Position numbers and translations under genes: made by a program. The notes below the pieces were generated by a model. It did not search any database. It was not told the origin of the DNA and saw nothing but the letters and a program-made list of their open reading frames with translations. Source: an uncultured Desulfatitalea sp. (GTDB lineage: Bacteria; Desulfobacterota; Desulfobacteria; Desulfobacterales; Desulfosarcinaceae). From it: a stretch of 64,000 bases of DNA. Below, piece by piece: positions 59,580-64,000 of this stretch. How positions within the stretch are numbered: the first letter of the stretch is position 1; the number at the start of each line of letters is the position of its first letter. The DNA is taken from contig CAXXMB010000002.1 of assembly GCA_963668675.2 (NCBI GenBank), forward strand, positions 2,912,001-2,976,000. Direction: 5' to 3'.

Positions 59580-60416
59580 ATGTCGTTTTCCGGAAGAGAA
59601 ACACAAAAGAGGGTTTGGCAGATAGCAGCTTTTTTTGGGGTCTGCTGGATGATAGCGAGTTGCCTGCATACGAGCCAGCCGTCTGAACCGGTGGTCACGC
59701 CTGCTCCCTGCCCGCCCTGCCCGCCCGATAGGAGCGCTGAACTGGAGAGCCACAATACAGCGCTTGAGGCGGCCTTGGCATCCAGCAAGGAGACGCAATC
59801 GGACCTCGAGCAGGACATTTCCAATTTGAAGCTGCAGGTTCTGGGATTTGAGGCCTTGATCAACGATTTGAGGCGTCGTTCAGATGCTCAGCAGAAAAGG
59901 CTCGATGCGGCCATCATTGAGGTCGTGCGGGCGAAATCCAAATTGCGCAGCCTTGAAAGCAAAGCAGAGGCCGCCTCTGCGCTCGCAGAAGCCGAGATTG
60001 CGGTCAAGGCGCTGAGGAAGCGGGGCGTTTCGGACGATGACGTGACCCGTGAAGAGATTTCGAAAGCCGATCAGCTGCTCTCCATGAGCATCAATGAGTT
60101 CAAGGCCCTCAACTTCGGTGGTGCACTCTACCTGGCGAACCAGGCCAAAGAGCAGGTCCGGGCAGTGCAGGCGCGGGTGGATAAAAAAACGGAAGCATTG
60201 GAGGGGGAGTCTCTCTTTGCGCAACCACTCGAACTTAAAGTGATCAAAGATGACTGCAACTTGAGGGAGGGCCCGGGCCTTTCGTATCAGGTCGTCGGCA
60301 AACTCAGTAAGGATGAAGTGGTCGTGGGCTTCTCTTTCAAGGAGAGTTGGGTGCGCGTGGAAACCAAGGCCGGCCAGAGCGGGTGGGTCTTCCAGTCGCT
60401 GATTGGCGCGCCCTGA
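59580..60416 (+). CDS. Lipoprotein-like coiled-coil protein with C-terminal SH3b domain
   Basis: IASC lipobox-like motif, coiled coil, NLREGPG...GWV. Confidence 0.7.
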   Translation: MSFSGRETQKRVWQIAAFFGVCWMIASCLHTSQPSEPVVTPAPCPPCPPDRSAELESHNTALEAALASSKETQSDLEQDISNLKLQVLGFEALINDLRRRSDAQQKRLDAAIIEVVRAKSKLRSLESKAEAASALAEAEIAVKALRKRGVSDDDVTREEISKADQLLSMSINEFKALNFGGALYLANQAKEQVRAVQARVDKKTEALEGESLFAQPLELKVIKDDCNLREGPGLSYQVVGKLSKDEVVVGFSFKESWVRVETKAGQSGWVFQSLIGAP

Positions 60417-60426
60417 TGCCCCGCGA

Positions 60427-62259
60427 TCAGGATCCGCTGACCAGTTTCAGGTTGGGTTCCATTTTGCCATTATCGCCTTTTGGTTCACGGCCGCCTTCCG
60501 CTTCGGACAGGACGACACAATTTCTGCCGTTGGCTTTGGCTTTGTAGAGAGCATCGTCTGCTTTGCGAATAATCGACTCCATGTCGATGCCGTCAGCGGG
60601 ATATCCCGCAATACCGATACTGAGCGTCACCGAGATGGTATTCCCGCCGGCGGAAATTTTCAGATTGTCTATGTTTTCCCGGATCCGTTCACCCATGGCC
60701 GCACCGTTTTCGATAGTGCTCTCGGTTAGAATGATCAAAAACTCCTCGCCCCCATAACGGCCGACATAGTCACACTCCCGCACCGATCCTTTTAAGGACT
60801 CGGCCAGCTGGCGCACGACGGTGTCGCCGGTTTGATGGCCATAGGTGTCGTTGATGCGCTTAAAGTAGTCGATATCGGCCATCAAGATGGTCAGCGGGTG
60901 TTGGTATCGTGCGGCCCTGGCCATTTCGTGGCTGCACAAATCCATGATGTGCTTGCGGTTGTAGAGACCGGTTAAACTGTCGGTAATCGAGAGCTGGTGC
61001 AGCACTTCGTTGGTTTTGAGCAATGAGTTGTGCGCTTCGGATATCTCTTCCCTGCCTCGCCTGAGGCTTGCCACCATATGGTTGAACACCTGTGTCAGGT
61101 AACTCACTTCGCTGAGGCCGGTGACCGGAATGTCCACATCCAGGTGGCCGCTGGCTACGCGGGCGGCGCCTCGGCTCAATCTCCTGACCGGGCTGACCAG
61201 GTTATGGCCGAAGATGTAGGCGCATATACCGATGAAGAAGATCAACCCCCCCACCAGCGTGATCGTGATGCGGCGCAACTTGAGAATACCTGCATAAGCG
61301 CTCTGTTTGTCCATCTCTGCCACCATCATCCAACCCGCGGTTGCAATCGGCATGGCCATGCCGATGACCGCTTCTCCGTGACGGCCGACGTAATCCGACG
61401 GTCCGGCGCTGAGATCCATCGCTGTTGAGGCGGCTCTGATCGGGGATAGCAAACCGTTTGGTGATGGAGTTGAACCCGTGGAGCTAACCAGCACCCTGCT
61501 GCCTTCATCGGTCAGATAGATTTCACTGATGCCTTCCATACAGTGGCGTTTAAACATGGCGCGGACAGCGTCGAGGTCGATTTGGGCCACCAGGACGCCC
61601 AGCAACGGTCCGCTGGTTGCATTGACCCCTTCTGCGATCATGATCGATCCGGTGCCGATGTGCGGATCAAAACGGACCTTCGTGCCCATTGGTGGCACGT
61701 TGCGCAGCTGTTCGAGCCAATGCTTCGGTATTCCGGTGGTTTCAGGATTCGCAGAACTGGTTACCACCAAGACGCCTGATGGGTCGAGCAGGGTCAGCTC
61801 TTTATAAAGGCCGAATTTTTCGCTTACAGATTCCAGGTATCCCCTGATGTGATCCAGGGAGACAATGGTTTCGATATTGGACATTTTTTTGTTTTGGGCC
61901 TGGGGCAGATTCTCGGAGATGATATAGGAGCTTGAAAATACCCTTAGGTCATACAATCGCTCCTTCAACCACAAGTCGAACTCTTTTGAGGACTGGTCGG
62001 TGGCATTGCGAAGCTCTTGTGAGATTTTTTCCCTGAGCAGACTGCTGTTCTGGAAGTAGGAGATCACACCCAGTATCAGGGAGGGGGCAATAGTGGCCAA
62101 CAGCGCAAAAACAATGATCTTTGTTTTGATGCTCTGAAGCCGAGAGACCTTGAGAAAAGTGCTCTGGGGCTCGTTTTTCGAATCCAAAATCGCCTCGTCT
62201 ATATCAGTACCCGCAATCCGATCTTTACGGATAGGGTATTTAGCACTGTTTGCGTCCAT
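60427..62259 (-). CDS. Cache-HAMP-GGDEF diguanylate cyclase
   Basis: Two TM helices, HAMP, DIDYFKRINDTYGH, RECD I-site, GGEEF. Confidence 0.9.
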   Translation of the reverse strand: MDANSAKYPIRKDRIAGTDIDEAILDSKNEPQSTFLKVSRLQSIKTKIIVFALLATIAPSLILGVISYFQNSSLLREKISQELRNATDQSSKEFDLWLKERLYDLRVFSSSYIISENLPQAQNKKMSNIETIVSLDHIRGYLESVSEKFGLYKELTLLDPSGVLVVTSSANPETTGIPKHWLEQLRNVPPMGTKVRFDPHIGTGSIMIAEGVNATSGPLLGVLVAQIDLDAVRAMFKRHCMEGISEIYLTDEGSRVLVSSTGSTPSPNGLLSPIRAASTAMDLSAGPSDYVGRHGEAVIGMAMPIATAGWMMVAEMDKQSAYAGILKLRRITITLVGGLIFFIGICAYIFGHNLVSPVRRLSRGAARVASGHLDVDIPVTGLSEVSYLTQVFNHMVASLRRGREEISEAHNSLLKTNEVLHQLSITDSLTGLYNRKHIMDLCSHEMARAARYQHPLTILMADIDYFKRINDTYGHQTGDTVVRQLAESLKGSVRECDYVGRYGGEEFLIILTESTIENGAAMGERIRENIDNLKISAGGNTISVTLSIGIAGYPADGIDMESIIRKADDALYKAKANGRNCVVLSEAEGGREPKGDNGKMEPNLKLVSGS

Positions 62260-62325
62260 ATCTGCTGAACGCCGGTTTATGCTCAGAGCGTTAAACCTAT
62301 GCCGCGCACACTCGGGTTGAGTTTA

Positions 62326-62341
62326 TACAAGTATTATGCCA
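62326..62341 (-). promoter_or_regulatory. Possible sigma-54 promoter of the diguanylate cyclase gene
   Basis: Minus strand TGGCAT-AATAC-TTGTA. Confidence 0.35.
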
Positions 62342-62587
62342 CGATTTCGCCCAACTGATTGAAGCTTATGGATTTTGACGGGATGTGATTCGTAACCGGG
62401 TGGCACGCAGGAAAAGTGGATGTTGTCAGGCACACCAAGGCGCCAGGATAGAGTCGGGTTCGTCAATTTCGAGTCGGATTTTTGACAGATTTTGTCACAT
62501 CGTTGCCAGGCGAATGGACCGGCCGGGATTGGGGCTAAACGCTGGCGCGTCATTCTCCCCAATTCCGGCCGGTCACAAAAACAGTGC

Positions 62588-63874
62588 TTATCGCCCCTCC
62601 AGCACCTTCCGGCTGCGCTTGACGGCGCACAGGTCCCCGCACATGGTGCAGACGCTTTCATCGATCGGCTTGCTCGATTCGCGATAGGCCTTCGCCTTTT
62701 CCGGATCGATGGCCAACTCGAGCATGCGTGTCCAATCGAGCTCCTTGCGGGCGTAGCTCATGGCGTTGTCCCAGTCCATGGCATGGGGGATGCCCTTGGC
62801 GATGTCGGCCGCATGGGCGGCGATCCGGGTTGCCACGATGCCCTCCTTCATGTCCTCCAGGTCGGGCAGGCGGAGGTGCTCGGCCGGGGTGACATAGCAT
62901 AGAAAATCGGCCCCGTTGGCGGCGGCCAGCGCACCGCCGATGGCCGAGGTGATGTGGTCGTAGCCCGGGGCCACGTCGGTGACGATGGGACCCAGCACAT
63001 AGAACGGAGCGCCGTGGCAAAGCTTCTTCTCCAGCTGCATGTTGGCGACGATTTCGTTCAGGGGCACATGCCCCGGCCCTTCGATCATCACCTGTACATG
63101 GGCGCGCCAGGCGCGGCGGGTCAGTTCGCCCAGGACGATCAGCTCCTGGATCTGGGCCGCGTCCGTGGCATCGTGCAGGGAGCCGGGGCGCAGGCCGTCG
63201 CCCAGGCTGATGGTGACGTCATAGGCGCGGCAGATCTCCAGCAGGCGGTCGAAGTGCTCGTAGAATGGGTTCTCCGCGTTGTTGGCATCCATCCAGTGCA
63301 GCAGGATCGAGCCGCCACGGCTGACCACATGGGTCATGCGCGGGCTCTGGTGAAGGCGCTGGGCGGATTCCTGGTTCAGGCCGGCATGGATGGTGATGAA
63401 GTCCACGCCGTCTTCGGCGTGCAGGGCGACCGTATCGAAAAAGTCATCCACCGTAATACCGGGTACCTCCTTGCCGTATCGGGCCACGGCATCGTAGACC
63501 GGAACGGTGCCGATCATGACCGGGCTGACCTCCACCGTCCGGCGGCGAAAGGCCTGGGTGTCGCCGAAGGTGCTCAAATCCATGATCGCATCGGTCTTGA
63601 GGTCGATGGCTCGCCGCACCTTGTCCAGCTCCAACTCCACATTGCAGCAGTCTTCCGAAACACCCAGGTTGACATTGATTTTGGTGCTCAACCCTTCGCC
63701 CACCGCCTTGGCTTTGAGGTTGGGGTGGTTCTTATTGGCCGGTATGGCAATGCGGCCGGCGGCAACCCGTTCGAGCAGGTCGGCGCGGTCGATCTTTTCA
63801 TCTGCGATGACCTGTTCCATCTGGGGGGTGATGACGCCTTTGCGGGCCGCTTCCATTTGGGTGGTATAGGACAT
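62588..63874 (-). CDS. thiC: Phosphomethylpyrimidine synthase
   Basis: [46 protein letters not shown]; thiE-like gene upstream. Confidence 0.9.
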   Translation of the reverse strand: MSYTTQMEAARKGVITPQMEQVIADEKIDRADLLERVAAGRIAIPANKNHPNLKAKAVGEGLSTKINVNLGVSEDCCNVELELDKVRRAIDLKTDAIMDLSTFGDTQAFRRRTVEVSPVMIGTVPVYDAVARYGKEVPGITVDDFFDTVALHAEDGVDFITIHAGLNQESAQRLHQSPRMTHVVSRGGSILLHWMDANNAENPFYEHFDRLLEICRAYDVTISLGDGLRPGSLHDATDAAQIQELIVLGELTRRAWRAHVQVMIEGPGHVPLNEIVANMQLEKKLCHGAPFYVLGPIVTDVAPGYDHITSAIGGALAAANGADFLCYVTPAEHLRLPDLEDMKEGIVATRIAAHAADIAKGIPHAMDWDNAMSYARKELDWTRMLELAIDPEKAKAYRESSKPIDESVCTMCGDLCAVKRSRKVLEGR

Positions 63875-63893
63875 TAGCTTTCCCCTTTTTCTT

Positions 63894-64000
63894 TTATGCG
63901 TTGGCAATGATCTGGTTGAGTTCGCGCACCGTGCCGGCGATGTCCGCCGCACCTACGATCTCTGTCACCAGGGCGAAGCTGCGGGCGCCATGGCGCGCGA
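63894..64000 (-). CDS. thiE: Thiamine-phosphate synthase C-terminus (partial)
   Basis: ...[27 protein letters not shown]...*; adjacent to thiC. Confidence 0.65.
   Translation of the reverse strand, partial: ARHGARSFALVTEIVGAADIAGTVRELNQIIANA

Noticed and set aside
62588..63874. BzaF/BzaAB (ThiC paralog for the cobamide lower ligand)
   Set aside because: The adjacent thiE-like gene favours ThiC, though an HMM comparison would be needed to exclude it fully

Overview
Chromosomal window, probably from a sulfate-reducing deltaproteobacterium of the Desulfobacterales type. This is an inference from the tmRNA tag ADDYNYAVAA and the gene content. The right part (~38.5-64 kb) is GC-rich core genome: ssrA, smpB, ptsI, ptsH, a LOG-family gene, a GAF-PAS-LuxR regulator, a branched-chain-type ABC operon with acyl-CoA synthetases, USP, MarC, DUF1786, rubredoxin-like/PduO/FAD-oxidoreductase, two GGDEF proteins, thiC and partial thiE. 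Several REP/MITE-like palindromes sit between these genes. The left part (~2-38.5 kb, visibly more AT-rich) is an integrative element abutting the tmRNA 3' end. I could not find its second att site, so it may extend beyond the window. The element carries: (i) a tyrosine integrase and a DUF927-type helicase; (ii) a replication module (RHH, Prim-Pol/DnaB fusion, Rep-like protein, 3x21-bp iterons, AT-rich tract); (iii) a defence cassette (SNF2 helicase, DUF4391, type III Mod/Res, dGTPase, STAND-like ATPase, HEPN-like protein); (iv) a leftward DNA-processing operon (SSB, SWIM/annealase-like, Cas4/AddB-like nuclease, UvrD, two degenerate BglII-like proteins, DUF932). The most striking unexplained signal is a ~250-nt multi-stem element inside operon (iv) at 7596-7846. 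Its G-U pairs fall on the operon's sense strand and a terminator-like hairpin follows it, so it is a candidate novel ncRNA next to a nuclease/annealase. A second, pseudoknot-capable element lies in front of DUF932. Several island proteins look like catalytically degenerate enzymes. All family assignments were made by eye from motifs; no searches were run.
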